A DNA stretch of 64,000 nt from Amoebophrya sp. A120. Taxonomy: Eukaryota; Protista; Dinoflagellata. The notes under the pieces are model-generated. The model was not told the DNA's origin. It ran no database searches and saw only the letters and a program-made list of their open reading frames with translations. Each line of letters starts with the position of its first letter. Position 1 is the stretch's first letter. Where the stretch lies: NCBI GenBank assembly GCA_905178155.1, contig CAJINV010000002.1, positions 11,951,327-12,015,326 on the forward strand, written 5' to 3'. Position numbers and translations under genes: made by a program. This document shows, piece by piece, positions 27,401 to 39,323 of the stretch.

Positions 27401-28537
27401 CTGGAGTGGATGGGCAGTCAGCGGCTCTCCTACAATCTGCCGGAGGAAGTTCAGACCCGGGCCCTGCTGGTGTCGAACCAGTACAACGAGCACATCGGAA
27501 GCGAACAACCCGCAGCACCGACACTAAGCCCCTACGACGTGCTTGCGCTGCTGGAGTCGCAGGTCGAGGCCCTCTGGCTGGGGCGGCAACTCCAGAAAAT
27601 CAGTGCTTACCAGGAGGAAGGAGCCGACACATCGTTCGAAGTCATATCGCTCAGCGAGGGGGTCTCCTCCGCTGTGGCCTTTATAGCAGTGGGCGGGGAG
27701 TGGACGTGGCCTCCCGACGACAATGAAGGTGTGGATCGCGACGTCGCCATCAACAAGCATCATGAAAGCTGCACGAAGAAAAATTTGGACGAAAATTTTA
27801 CAGCATTAATGAAGGTGCTGGACAGCTACAAGCAGAACCAGGACGACGGTGACGCCACAACCGGCGACGCCAGCGGCGGCACCGCGACCGGCGACAGCGG
27901 GACCGGCGGCACCGGCAGCACCGGGACCGGCGACGCCAGCGGCGGCGGGGACCAGGGTGCCAGCGACGCAGCCGGTACTGCTACGAGTTTTACTACACTA
28001 AAAGCTGAAGTCAACGATGAAATAAAGGAGGACGAGCGGAAAAATTTCTGCAAGCGCCTCTTTTCGTGCGTGTACGATGGCGCCGAGCCGAAGAGCCTGA
28101 TCCCGCTGTGTTTCTTCCCCCTTGACCCCGTCACGGTGCACATCCCGGACACGAAGGTACTGAGTGTGGTGGCACCATCGCCGGACTCTGACCAGAGCAG
28201 CGAACCGCACCAACTCGTTGCCGTGCTGAGCGACCACGAAGGATCGCAGCACCAGAACATGTGCCATGTGTATGAGCCACCTAGGGCCGTGCTCACCGCG
28301 GGATGGGACGAGAAGACGACCGTACACGGCCTTGTGCTCCACCCGGATCACTGTGATGCGACGAGTACTACATGTACTATCGTGACGGAACACGGCCAGT
28401 TCATCGAAGCTCCAACGACCAACATTCGATGGACTAAAAGGGAGGAGGGGAGGGCGTCTCTCTTCTCGGACGACACTGTCAAGAATCTATCCCGCGTAAA
28501 AATGTTCCCACGGGATCAACGGCCACAGTATGTATAG
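21470..28537 (+). CDS. Giant secreted Cys-rich repeat protein (~2300 aa); exons 21470-26981 and 27120-28537
   Basis: The 1863-aa and 484-aa ORFs are joined in frame by a GT-AG intron at 26982-27119 (…QG|GIVPSV…). Hydrophobic N-terminal segment. Seven pairs of 6-Cys modules (AYxCFFDPAxRDCxC / CFF…CxCRDxxHxYxPxY) plus one isolated module. Confidence 0.88.
23771..24849 (+). repeat. Recent in-frame tandem duplication (~537/534 bp) of one Cys-module pair
   Basis: GAGATTGT recurs at 23771, 24308 and 24842, and the two units are near-identical at DNA level. Confidence 0.92.
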
Positions 28538-28989
28538 TATGAGCATTCATGCCTAAGTACAAGTTCCTATCTAATCCTATACTCTCTCCCGAGTAGTGGT
28601 TTGTCGTGCGAGATGAAGCAGAACTTTTCTGCCATGCCTGCTCACGCTCGGTAATGTCAACATCAAATTTTCTTTACGAAAAAAAAAAGTCAATTCTTTA
28701 GGTGCGTAGAAAAAGACGCCCTCAAACGATCGCCGCTGCGTTGTCAGGGGCATCTACTTATTTTTTTCAGGAGGTCGCTTGTACTTTTGTGATACAGTGC
28801 CGAAGAAGCTTCCTTTCATTTTGATGGTAATATACGTACTTCACGTGCCTGCGGCTTTCGATTCTTCATCGCGCGGCGAAAGTCGCAGGCACGTGGAGCG
28901 AGTTTGCAGATCAAGTAAAATCGTGTGATGTAGTTTGGCCAAATAATATGTGGGGGGAACAAAGTTTTGCGGAAGGATACGTTTTGATA

Positions 28990-30799
28990 ATGCACCTCTC
29001 AGACCATGATTTGGCTGAATTCGTGAAGCACGACCCAGCGGACAACCCTTTGTTCAACTCCGCCGGCGTTAAGAAGCCATTAATGAACACAGCGACCGCC
29101 CGGCGTGTTGGGGACGAGCCGCACCAGGCCGTCCGTGGGAAGAAGGAGCCTCCACCGACGAAGAAGTTCTCGTCGTGGCGTTTCTGGGTGATCGTGGTTT
29201 GTCTGTGCCTGGTCCCGCTGCTAGTCACGGCGGTCGTGGTGTACCTGCTCTGCTTTCACAAGAAGGAGGACCAGGAGGAGGAGGTTCTCGGAAATACGAA
29301 TCCCCCCGCCGGCACGGACCGGACGGGCAAGAGCCTGCGTTTGGAAGAATTTCTTGCCGGGAAGAACCTATCGAGTACTAAAGCGGAGGGGGACGACAGC
29401 GACAGCTCCGAGGACGATGGAACAAAGCCTCCGAAGTCGGTGGCGGAGCTGGAGCGGGACCTTTTGGAGGCGGGTCTCGGGGGGAAGTACGCCCGGGAAC
29501 TGGCACAGTGGATATTTGACCAGCAGAAGCAGGCCGAGGACCAAAAAGCGGGAACTTTTGTGGCGACCGCGTCTACACCGCTGTACTCGGCCATGCCGAC
29601 GCCCTCGGACGCAGGGGATGTGGAATTCTACAGCGCCATCTTCGGGCAAATGGAGTCCGCCACTATGGGTGCGGGACACCACAGTGTGAAGGCTGTGAAA
29701 AGTGCCCTTCGGCGGGCGAAAAAGAAAGCAAAGGGCAAAGCGGCACCGAAGAGAAAGGTTCAGTCGGTGACGAAGCTGCGCGGATCGTCGAGGAAAATTA
29801 CCAATGAGGACGTTCCGGTCGCGACGTTTTTGTCAACGCAGCAAAGGATATGATAGTGGACAACTCTCTTCCCCTTCCCTCGCGTTCTTGTATTGCAACA
29901 CAGCAAAAGCGCAAAATTCTAAGACAAATTGAATACATATACAATTCTATCCCTGTAGCCTTCGGGAAGTATGTGCAGTTGCATAAAGACAACTTCATTT
30001 GGAGGCCCAAATAGCAGTACTAAAGTATCGTGTATAAAAAGGAGCTGCAAAAATTTTCAGGAACAGGATGCTTTTGACTCTGCCCATGCGCTTTAACATC
30101 GACAAATGGGGAGGGAGTCGTGCACTATCATAAAGGCAGGTGCCCGGCGAGAGCGGTCTCCAGTCCGGCACAGGCTCCGCGGCCGAGCTAGGTAGTGCGG
30201 AGCAGGTCCGTGCACTTGGAGGGTTTGCGCCTGGAGTGCGGCGCGGGGCATCTCGCTCAGGTGCCGCAGCCTCGGCGAAAAAAGGAGCCCTTGGCGCTGC
30301 AGGTCCAAAGTCCTCAGGAGCTGCCAGCAGTACCGTACAACCGAAGTCAGGTGGCAGCTCAGGACGCAGCAGCAGCAAACCAAAGTCGGGCCAAGCTTCA
30401 CGAGACAGCAGCAAACCCAAGTCTTCAGGACCAGCACATCAAGACAGCGGCATCCTGGCAACGTCAGGAGGGTCTAAATTCATGTCAATGGCGAAAGCCA
30501 AACTTCAAGGTCGACCAGAGGGGTCGGCGGCAGACGCCCACTCAATATTGTCCGACGAGGTCCTCATTGTGTCCGGGGACCAATCCTCTGCGTCCGCAAG
30601 CGAAGAAGTACCGCAACCAAGCTTCGCTGATCGCCAGCAGGAACGGAACCAGCGCATTGTCGAGGAGGCGCGACAGTCACGGCAGCGCGTGGCGACTGAG
30701 GGTGAGGCGGAGAGCCTCCGCCAGGCGGCACATTTCTCGCTGTACACTAGGGCCGAAGTAGAGAGCGAGGGAAGAGAGGATGCTGCTGAGGAGCTGTAG
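28990..30799 (+). CDS. Single-pass membrane protein with low-complexity C-terminus, split by an introner
   Basis: TM segment FWVIVVCLCLVPLLVTAVVVYLLCF. ORFs 28948 and 30140 join in frame (…STQQR(K/Q)VPGESG…) when 29849-30137 is removed. Confidence 0.75.
29849..30132. mobile_element. Introner (non-canonical intron/MITE), 284 bp
   Basis: IR TATGATAGTGGACAACTC…GAGTCGTGCACTATCATA; flanking repeats AAGGA/AAGGC; removal restores the ORF. Confidence 0.8.
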
Positions 30800-31812
30800 A
30801 ATCAAGAAAAGCAGCTCTCAAACTCATCTTGCTCTTCCTGCTTCGGCTTGGTATGTTGAAAGTGAATTCTAGTTGTTTCTCCGCCGTGGTTTTGAAATCT
30901 GAAATCACGACGAAGGAGAAACAAAGATGGCATCTTCACGTTTAAGTAGTTTTTTTTTTTCGTATTGTTCCTGTTAGTTTTTCCGCTACTGTATGTCTTG
31001 TCAATTGAGCCTTTTTATTTTTTGTACTCGTTTTTCTTTTTGTATTTGTGCGCATACGAACCCATTTCACAGCTGCTCGCCCGCAATCGCAAATCGAGCT
31101 CAGGCCATTTCCTTGCGGAACACGGCATTCGAAGGAGATGAAAACTTCCAGATTGCAACGCTCATTGATTTGAATTTGATTTGTGGCCGCACATGCTGCA
31201 TGTAAAATATTCCACGCTCTTCCTCGCGCTCTTGCTTCGTAGACGACAAAGACAAGCTAAAATAGCATGGGGATGATGCTGAGTTACCCGAATCTTCAAT
31301 ATCGCCCCCAAAACTTGCTAGCACAAAAGAAGACCCCTGAAATTAGATTTGGACACCAAACCCATTAGATCCCCTGAAATTGCATTTCTAAACAAGTAAA
31401 GCTTTGTTTCAAGAAGTTTTTGCCATCCATTTTTAAATAGCGCTGCCTGTATTTCAATGAAAAACCAGCGACCTGCATAAGTCAAATCGAATCGTGTTCC
31501 GTATGTTTTCATGGAGTTCGAAGTGTCCGAAGGCTTTTGGCCGGCATGTTTTTCTTGTACTGCGGTAAAAGAAAAGAAACTACGTAGAACCTTAGGACAA
31601 GTCGACCGAGAAAACAACCGAAGATCCGTTTTCGTGTGGCTTTCGCTCTCAAATAAGAGTACCATCCGCCCGCGATTACTTTGCGCAGGCACTGAAGTCG
31701 TGTCGGTGCGATCATGATGGATGATTTTGCTTCGGATACCAGCTGCTGGGTGCGGATCCGGATCATTTTTTCTAGTGCCGAGTACTAGCTGTCCCAGCAG
31801 CACAACATAATA

Positions 31813-34800
31813 ATGCATCCACACCAGAACAGCACTAGCGGAGCTGGTGGACAACCTCCTCCGGGATTCGCTCCGCCTCCGGGATACCACCAGCAAGGAT
31901 TTTTGCAGGCGAACGTCGCCCGTGGCACAAACGCGATGTTGCCGCAGCAGGTTCCACCAGGAGCTCTGCAACCGGGTGGCGCTTTTCATCAAGCGGTCGG
32001 GCAATACCAGCAGCCCAGCAGCAAAACCGGCGGCGCCAAGAATAGTAAACGCCATGCAGGTGCAGGTGCTGCTGCTCGCCCTGGCGGTGCCGTACCTGCA
32101 GCTGGTGTTCCACCGCAACATCTCCCGATTGGAGCTTTCGGCGGACCGGGGGTGCCGCCTGCGCCCGGGTCCCACCAGCAGCAGTTGTTTGCGCCGCAGC
32201 CAGGCGGCGGCGGGGCACCGGCACCTTCAGGAGCAGCTTCTTCATCTTCCAAAACTGCAACTAACGGACAAAATAAAGTGAACGCAAGCCCGCCGATGCC
32301 CCCACCGCCACGTTTTGTGCATCACCAGTGGCAGCTACTGCACGACCCGCATGTGAAAGACTGCGCGCAGTACTTGAGCCAGTACCACGGCTACAAGGTC
32401 ACGCCCCCCGAGCCGCGAGACAGTGAGCACATGAGCCGCTTGTCCCCCCGCCTCGAGGGGTACGAGAAGTTGATGGCTATGATTCATGGGGAGCAGCCAC
32501 CCCCCGGCGTGCAGCTGTTCTCCTCGTCCTCCAGTAGTGGCGCTTTGCTGGAGAAAAACCTAGACACCGGCGACGGCAGCTTCGTGAACTACAGCCCCAA
32601 TGACGATTGCGCCTACCAGCTAAAAGAGGAGCTGCTGCTGCTCTGCGCACCGATTTACGCGCACCTGCTGATCGAGTGGAAAGACCGCCATCCGCACTAC
32701 TTGTACAGCGAGTTTGTGCAATTGTCGCACATGCAACTACTGCAACGAAATGCGAATATGGCTTCGGGTGGAGCATCGAATAGGAGGCATATGAAGGGCG
32801 GGGCTGCGGGACTGAACAGCGTTTATCCGCTGGATCCCGCGCAGCGCGAGACTTTCGCGCGAGCTTACGCCACGAAGTACGCGAACTTTGCGACAAATCT
32901 GCCCCAGAAAACTACGGATCGCAAAGACGATCTTTCACGATCGGAAGCAGAGGCAGCAGTCGGGGGCCCGGCCGAGCCCGATGATGCCATGGACATCGAC
33001 GACGGCGACATGATGGCAGGTGTAGCAGAGGAGGACATAAAAGGGGGTGAGCAAGCCAAAAGTTCCGCAAGTGGGGAAAGGCTTGCACGTCCTTCTAGAA
33101 AGCGTCGAACTTTCGACGAAGAAAGGGCCACGACATCCTCGGCGCAGCTCGTAAACAATGAAGTCGACGCGGAGCGCACCCCCCTTGTTGACCTGGATGT
33201 TGGCAGAAGCACGGGAGGGGACCAGGTGTCGTTCGTGGCGAAAGAAGCGTGGTGGCGGTCGATCTACGAACGGGAGGAACGGGTGGACATCCGCGTGTCC
33301 TCGCTCGCCTACAACGTCTGGCGCAGCAAAATGCGCCGGTTTCCCTGGCTGATGGATATTTTTGTGCAGCGGGTGAATCTCACGATCGACACGTCCTGGG
33401 AGGAGGTGCCGACCTTTGGGGTCAAGCAGACGCTGGCGGCGCGCAGCTTCCTCCGGTCTGTGTCGGAACTAGCAGTGCAGCGCGCGAAACTGCTGGTGAA
33501 TACGTACGCGGATCTTCACTTGCAAATCAAGATGGGTGCGCGGAACCACGTTTTCCACATGAAGCTTTCCAAGAAGATGCTTGCAGCCGAGGCGGGCGGT
33601 TACAGCGCTTTTGCGGCGGTCACTGGCGCGCAGCCGGCAAGAGATCATGGAACCAATCCTGGCGGGCCGCCTCTCGCCACCGGCATTGCAGGGCATCAAC
33701 AGGGCGGTGGTTTTTTGGATCAGGACGAAAATAACGACAGGCAGGAGACAGCGTCCTCCGTTGCTGCAGGGAACGCAACATCTAACTCGAACGTCAGTGG
33801 CACTCGTGGGCCGGACAAGAAGCGACAGCGAAAAGCCGCTGCGGCGGCAGAAGCGTTGCTGAAAACCCAACAGGAGGCACAGCAGGATATGATGATGCAA
33901 CAGCAAGAGCAACTGAACCAGGACGGGGAACAGCGGGAGAAGCAAACTGCAGGCGCGGGGCCGGGGGTGGATCTCCACAAGCTCGCTGCAAACGCAAACA
34001 TCGGCGTCCCTACCGCACCGCCGGAAAAGCAGCCAATTTGGTCGAGCGAGAGTTTCCGCAAGAAGTGCAGCCTGAATCTTCCCTCGGCAAAACGCACAAA
34101 GAATTCGCATTTTCTGCCGCCAACGTACTGGAACCGGGTGTACAGGAGCTACCGCTACGCGTACAATGACACGCCGCAGCGAATCGAAAACGCGTCCAAC
34201 ACAGCAGCATTGCTCTTCAAGAATCCGACGCCGAGCAGTAGCAGTACCGGTGCGGCAGCGGGACATCTGCCAGGTGGTGTGGCAAGAACAGCCTTTGCCC
34301 CTGAAGGAGGACAACCGCCCCCGCGCACAGCTGCTGGGCCTTCGCATCTCGGCGGTCGACCTATGGTCGCACGGACCGTGCGCCTGCTGCCGCAGCTGTG
34401 GAGCCAAATTTCGTGCATGACCATGACCAGGGACTCCGTTGTCTTTGCAGGTACTGACGACGGTGTGTTCGGCTGGTGCGCCGGGTCGAGAAGCCAGAAG
34501 CTGTACAGCGACCCGGACTACGCGCTGGCTCAGGGCTGCACCACCTTTGCGGTGCAGTGCTGCCGGTCTTTTAGTGCCGGGCCCGACATGGACGACCTGC
34601 TTTTGGCCGGGTGCGCGGATGGCGTGCGATTGTGGAAAATCCCAACCAATGCGGGTGCGGCAAGTGGACTACCCGCATTCGGAATGCGAGGTAACAAGGG
34701 AACCCTTGGACATCATCAGCAAGCAGGCCTTGTTCCTTCCTCTGCGGCGGGAACAATATCGACGCCAGCGGAGCCTTCTGCCGCAGCTGGTGCTCCCCCG

Positions 34801-35688
34801 ATTTCGAATGCCGGGCCGTTGTCCGGCGGTGCCACACGGGGCAGCGTGGCGCCCCAAGTCGAACTTTTGTCGCACGCGAGCTACCGGAAAACCTGCTGGT
34901 GCGTGGATGCGGCCTGGTATGGAAATTACTTCGTTTCCGGGCACCGCGGCGTCGCGTTTCTGTGGGATATGGAGGTGCAGACGGACCTCCACGCCTGCCG
35001 CATCGTTGGAGACGACATCGACGACATGGGGAGCATGCTTCCCGCACAGTTTGCCGGTACGCAGCCGCAGAACCTGCAGCAGCGGGGGCTCTCCGCCGAC
35101 GTCTTTCCGGCCTCGCTGAAAATGGCGAGCGCCCCAGGGGGTAAAAGTAGTTTTTTCAACAACGGCGCTGCTGATGGGCTCTCCTCGAACAGAACCGCAT
35201 CGGGCAAAAATCCTACCTGTTTGGACTTCCACTGCGTGAAGTTCCACCCGACAACTGAGTTTTTCGCTGCCGGCGTCGGGTCCCGGGCGCTTCACTTGTA
35301 CGACCTCGGCCGAAGCGGCCGGTTGGTCCGCGCAATCCCGACACCGGACCTGGTTGCAAAGCTCGCTTTCAGCATGGACGGGCTGCATTGTTACACGGCC
35401 ATGCGTAACGGGAGCGTATGCGTGTACGACCTGCGCCAAGGCTTGTTGCTCGCCACCCGTGCGAATGTGATGTCGGAAATCTATTCGCTCGAAAGCTTCG
35501 GCATGCCCCGCAACGTGCTCGGCGTGGGCGGGAGCGACGGGTTTTGTTATCTGGATCTCGAAAACGCAGATCGGACGACGCATGCCTACGACTTCTTTCC
35601 AAACGCGGATCGAGACAATGTCGTGCTCGAGGCGAGGTTTGACTTTTTTCTCGACGGAATCACGCTTGCATGCGCGCAAGTGCAGTGA
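31813..35688 (+). CDS. TAF5: TFIID subunit TAF5-like protein (NTD2-like region plus WD40 repeats), intronless, 1291 aa
   Basis: NTD2-like segments EELLLLCAPIYAHLLIEW and VDIRVSSLAYNVW…WLMDIFVQRVNLTI. TAF5-type WD motifs WCVDAAWYGNYFVSG…AFLWD, HCVKFHPTTEFFAAG and LAFSMDG…VCVYDL. Assigned by eye against remembered TAF5 motifs. Confidence 0.72.
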   Translation: MHPHQNSTSGAGGQPPPGFAPPPGYHQQGFLQANVARGTNAMLPQQVPPGALQPGGAFHQAVGQYQQPSSKTGGAKNSKRHAGAGAAARPGGAVPAAGVPPQHLPIGAFGGPGVPPAPGSHQQQLFAPQPGGGGAPAPSGAASSSSKTATNGQNKVNASPPMPPPPRFVHHQWQLLHDPHVKDCAQYLSQYHGYKVTPPEPRDSEHMSRLSPRLEGYEKLMAMIHGEQPPPGVQLFSSSSSSGALLEKNLDTGDGSFVNYSPNDDCAYQLKEELLLLCAPIYAHLLIEWKDRHPHYLYSEFVQLSHMQLLQRNANMASGGASNRRHMKGGAAGLNSVYPLDPAQRETFARAYATKYANFATNLPQKTTDRKDDLSRSEAEAAVGGPAEPDDAMDIDDGDMMAGVAEEDIKGGEQAKSSASGERLARPSRKRRTFDEERATTSSAQLVNNEVDAERTPLVDLDVGRSTGGDQVSFVAKEAWWRSIYEREERVDIRVSSLAYNVWRSKMRRFPWLMDIFVQRVNLTIDTSWEEVPTFGVKQTLAARSFLRSVSELAVQRAKLLVNTYADLHLQIKMGARNHVFHMKLSKKMLAAEAGGYSAFAAVTGAQPARDHGTNPGGPPLATGIAGHQQGGGFLDQDENNDRQETASSVAAGNATSNSNVSGTRGPDKKRQRKAAAAAEALLKTQQEAQQDMMMQQQEQLNQDGEQREKQTAGAGPGVDLHKLAANANIGVPTAPPEKQPIWSSESFRKKCSLNLPSAKRTKNSHFLPPTYWNRVYRSYRYAYNDTPQRIENASNTAALLFKNPTPSSSSTGAAAGHLPGGVARTAFAPEGGQPPPRTAAGPSHLGGRPMVARTVRLLPQLWSQISCMTMTRDSVVFAGTDDGVFGWCAGSRSQKLYSDPDYALAQGCTTFAVQCCRSFSAGPDMDDLLLAGCADGVRLWKIPTNAGAASGLPAFGMRGNKGTLGHHQQAGLVPSSAAGTISTPAEPSAAAGAPPISNAGPLSGGATRGSVAPQVELLSHASYRKTCWCVDAAWYGNYFVSGHRGVAFLWDMEVQTDLHACRIVGDDIDDMGSMLPAQFAGTQPQNLQQRGLSADVFPASLKMASAPGGKSSFFNNGAADGLSSNRTASGKNPTCLDFHCVKFHPTTEFFAAGVGSRALHLYDLGRSGRLVRAIPTPDLVAKLAFSMDGLHCYTAMRNGSVCVYDLRQGLLLATRANVMSEIYSLESFGMPRNVLGVGGSDGFCYLDLENADRTTHAYDFFPNADRDNVVLEARFDFFLDGITLACAQVQ

Positions 35689-36372
35689 TGTAACCTCATC
35701 ATTCATCGAGACACGCGACATTTAATGACTACTCGTATTAAAGTCAAATAATAGCAATAGCTACCGTCCAGCAATGCGATGTACTTAATTGTAAAAACCA
35801 ACGCCAAGCGCAAGCGCAATAACAAGCCGAACAAAGACAAACACAAATCGCCTAAGGCCATAATCCTTCCTTGGAACCTGCTCTTTTTCTGAAAGGAACT
35901 CACCATCTTTACATTGCGATGATCTTTTTTCTCGGGTGTTCACTTTTTTTTTGTTGTTTACATTATTCAAGTGGATGATTTGAAGGAAAAAAAAACAAAT
36001 GAAAACAGAAACAGCAGAACAGTTTTTGCTTTTCGACGTGCTAGAAACCAAAGAAAACGATCCACTTATCCGCTTTGTTTTTTCTGTGGATCCTCACATA
36101 ATGTCCTTTCGATGAGGCACCAGCGGATCCGCACAAGGAGCTTCCGCGTCAAAGACGTACATCTTCTTTCTCGCTTTCATTCCTTTGAGGACGACTCAAA
36201 CTGGTGTTTTCACGAGCACTTCTTTGACTTTCTCTGCCTGTAACATTCATTCTGCTTCTTGCTTTCTTCCGCTGTTACGACATTCTGAAGCAGATATCTA
36301 CTTGTCACATCACCACATCTGAAGTATCGCGAAAGCGCATAAAAATCAAAGAACGATGAAGACGAGAACAAC

Positions 36373-37932
36373 ATGAAACTTTTATGCTTTCTCGGGCCGC
36401 CCGCATCCGGTAAAGGCAGTTACACGAAGCTTGTGCTCGAAACCCTCAAAAGGGTCGCGGCAAGGAGAGACCCTACCTCGCAGTGGCACCACAGCGGGGC
36501 AGCGGAGCACGTTTTGGCGAAAGATGCAGAAGGCCAAGTTCTTAAGTCGAGCGGTTTCCAACATCATCCAAGCGCGAGGCTTTACAGGCACCATAATCTT
36601 CCTGTCCAACACTTCGAAAAGGTTGTCGCCTCGGACCTTATCAAGAAGGAGATGCGTGAGCAAACGGTCTTTGGCAAAGAGATGCAACCCTACATGGAAC
36701 GCCACGAGCACGTATCAAATGTAAAAATGTCTGGGTCTGGAAGATTTCTAGGTTTGTCATGCATATTTTCCATGACCCATGATGTCTGTGATGCATGCCG
36801 CAGCATCACAGATTTTTAGAGCGCTTTGTGATGCCTCCACAGCATCAGAAATGACCTCTCCGCGTAGCACAAACTGGAGTCCTCTTGCTGGTCATGCAAT
36901 ACAAATTTTCTCAGAATCCAGAGACAGCAGCACAAGTTGCAATCTTCCAGACCCAGACATTTTTGCATTTGATAGCACGTTCCCAGTGAGCTGATGGTGG
37001 AGACGCTGTGTGCGCACCTCGAAGAAATGGCCGCGCAGAGGAGAGGAGGTTCTTCACTTGAGAAAGATAAAAGTGTCATCAACCACCTCAACGTTTTGCT
37101 CGACGGTTTTCCTAGATCTGTGGACCAGGCAGAAGCGTTTCTAGCCAAGACGAAGAGGAGGCGACGGCTTGTTTCCGATCAGGAATTAGACGGAGAGATG
37201 GACGCCAACCCGCGTGGGGAATCTCGTCTTTCCCTTCGTTTTCTGCATCTCGATCTGAAGCGCGAGTGGGCCCGGGCAAAGGCGGTTGGGCGACTGGTCT
37301 GTCCGGATTGCGATTTTCCGTACAACGACGCAGAGGTACGATTGGACGCAGTAGATACAGCGAGTCAACAAAATCTTGCTCGCGCGCTTGAAGAGGACAT
37401 TTATGATTATGACACTCCCTACACTGACACGCGAGAAGAAAAAGCAAGAAAGCGGGACAAGCAAGAAGAACGGCGCGTGTGGTCTGCCGACTTGCCGCCG
37501 GAACCCAAATGTGGGCGGAAACCTGGATGCGGCTACCCAAACAGCCTGATCCGTCGTGACAGTGCGGAGGTGTTTGACCACCGGTATGAAATCTATCTGA
37601 AAACCGAATTTCCGGTGGTGGAGTACTTCACCACGATGGCTGAGGCAGAGAAGCAGGAACTTGTAAATCGAAGCCGCAGAAAAATAGGAGCAGATGCAAC
37701 AGATTTGAAAAATATGACCTCTACTGAGAATTGTCGTGATAGTAGCACTAGCACGAAAATCTCTTCCGTGAAAATGACCGGCGGGTATCGGACGATGTGT
37801 GATGCGATTGTGAAAGAGGTGATGCATCTGCTTGATCTCGACCGTGACGAAAGTTGTAGCAACGAAACGGTTTATCCTCTGGAAGAAGTGCAGAAAGAAG
37901 CCCATCTTGTGCTTGACGAGTGGGAGCAATAG
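36373..37932 (+). CDS. adk: Adenylate kinase family protein, split by an introner
   Basis: P-loop LGPPASGKGS, LLDGFPRSVDQA and LID RLVCPDC. Removing 36713-36979 gives the contiguous …HEHVPSELMVETL… (corresponding to the G.LVPDE motif). Confidence 0.9.
36713..36974. mobile_element. Introner, 262 bp, family A (TGTCTGGGTCTGGAA IR)
   Basis: TATCAAATGTAAAAATGTCTGGGTCTGGAAGATT…AATCTTCCAGACCCAGACATTTTTGCATTTGATA; direct repeat GCACG on both sides. Confidence 0.95.
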
Positions 37933-39323
37933 CATAATTCAGCAGTATTAGCAGCCTATGTAGCAAATAAGTAGTTGTAGATATGTATGTTTTGTATAAT
38001 TCACCACATGATCTTAGTTAGTTGTTGTGTATAAAGATGTGCTGTTCATATCGTCCTCTCCGTCCTCGTGCGCCAGACGTGATGAAGACCAAAGAACACC
38101 ATCGCCACCATGCGCCACAGGGGCAAGAGCAAAGATTCTTCATATCTCGGAAAACAGGATGTTAGCATCATTTATGAGATTCAGTCGGTTTTTCATTGCT
38201 ACTACCTCGCATGGCAAGTCGGTTTTGCTTTATTGCTCACATTAAAAAAAAAAAGTCGGTGCCCTCGACTCCTGCGACGCTGCAGGACAACTACCTCTAC
38301 AAAACTTTTTCGGTTGGACCTCATTGGTTGAAAACCAAAAATTACGAAGATCTTCAATAGCCTCGCAAAGTCGGTTGTGGTTCTGGGAAAGCTGCAGCTC
38401 CGCGATGTCAAGCCTTTCGGATTTTAAAATTAGACCGAGATGGAGGTCGGTCGCGTCAAAGAAATGCTCGATCTGTGCTGTGAAATCCAAGATCTAACAC
38501 AATAACAATTCTTTTTTGCAAAAATTCAAATGCCTAAAAGTAAAGCTTTTGCAAGACGAGGAGTATTTGTATTTCAATACAAACGAAACCAAAAAATCCA
38601 TTCTAAATTACGATGACCATCTTGATCTTCGCCGAAATTCTTTGTAATGATTGCAAACAGGTTGTGGAGAGCGAATTTTAGCCTGTAGTTTTGACGACTT
38701 TACCACTTCCTACTCCAAGCTCGTCCAGCAAGAGACCGTCAAAAGTTAAATTTTTTCGATATTTTTTACTTCGGCACATTCATAGCTATGCGTAGGGAAG
38801 TAACGTCGTAGGCCACTTGGAGCACGAGCAATCAGTACAGCACCGGGTTTGCCGCGGTCTGTACGCTCAAAGTTTCCTTTTAGTCAGAGTAAACGTTGTT
38901 TGCGGGCTGAGGTTGATAGTTATTCAGAGTTTGAACCCCTAAGCGCCCCGACCTCAAACAATAACGTTTTTCACGGCTCCTGGTACTTACAGCAATTTAC
39001 CGATAGCCGCGGCGTGTTTGTGTTTTAGCGTGAAACGATATACAGCAACCTTCAACAAACCTCCAATAATCATCTTCTTACACTTACTCTGATTTAAATC
39101 CTTGAATACTCTCGATTAGAAATCGCGGAGAATAATAAAAACAAAGAGTCGATCCAGCAGCCGTAATTATTTTTAATCTCCGGGCCAGCAGACGAATTTG
39201 AGAAGACAGCAGGGCGGATTGACGACCGCCCGATCCCGGAGGAAGATCGACGACTTCGCTGCTGTAGCAGGGACGTGGTTGAAGTACTAGAGCCTTAAAA
39301 GTCATCTCCTCGTTCCGCCCAAG

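Noticed and set aside
24947-27508. 853-aa minus-strand ORF
   Set aside because: It is the antisense shadow of the GC3-rich plus-strand gene; no motif is recognisable.
38090-38900. Possible small minus-strand multi-exon gene
   Set aside because: Protein-like fragments are present, but no consistent exon chain or family could be established.
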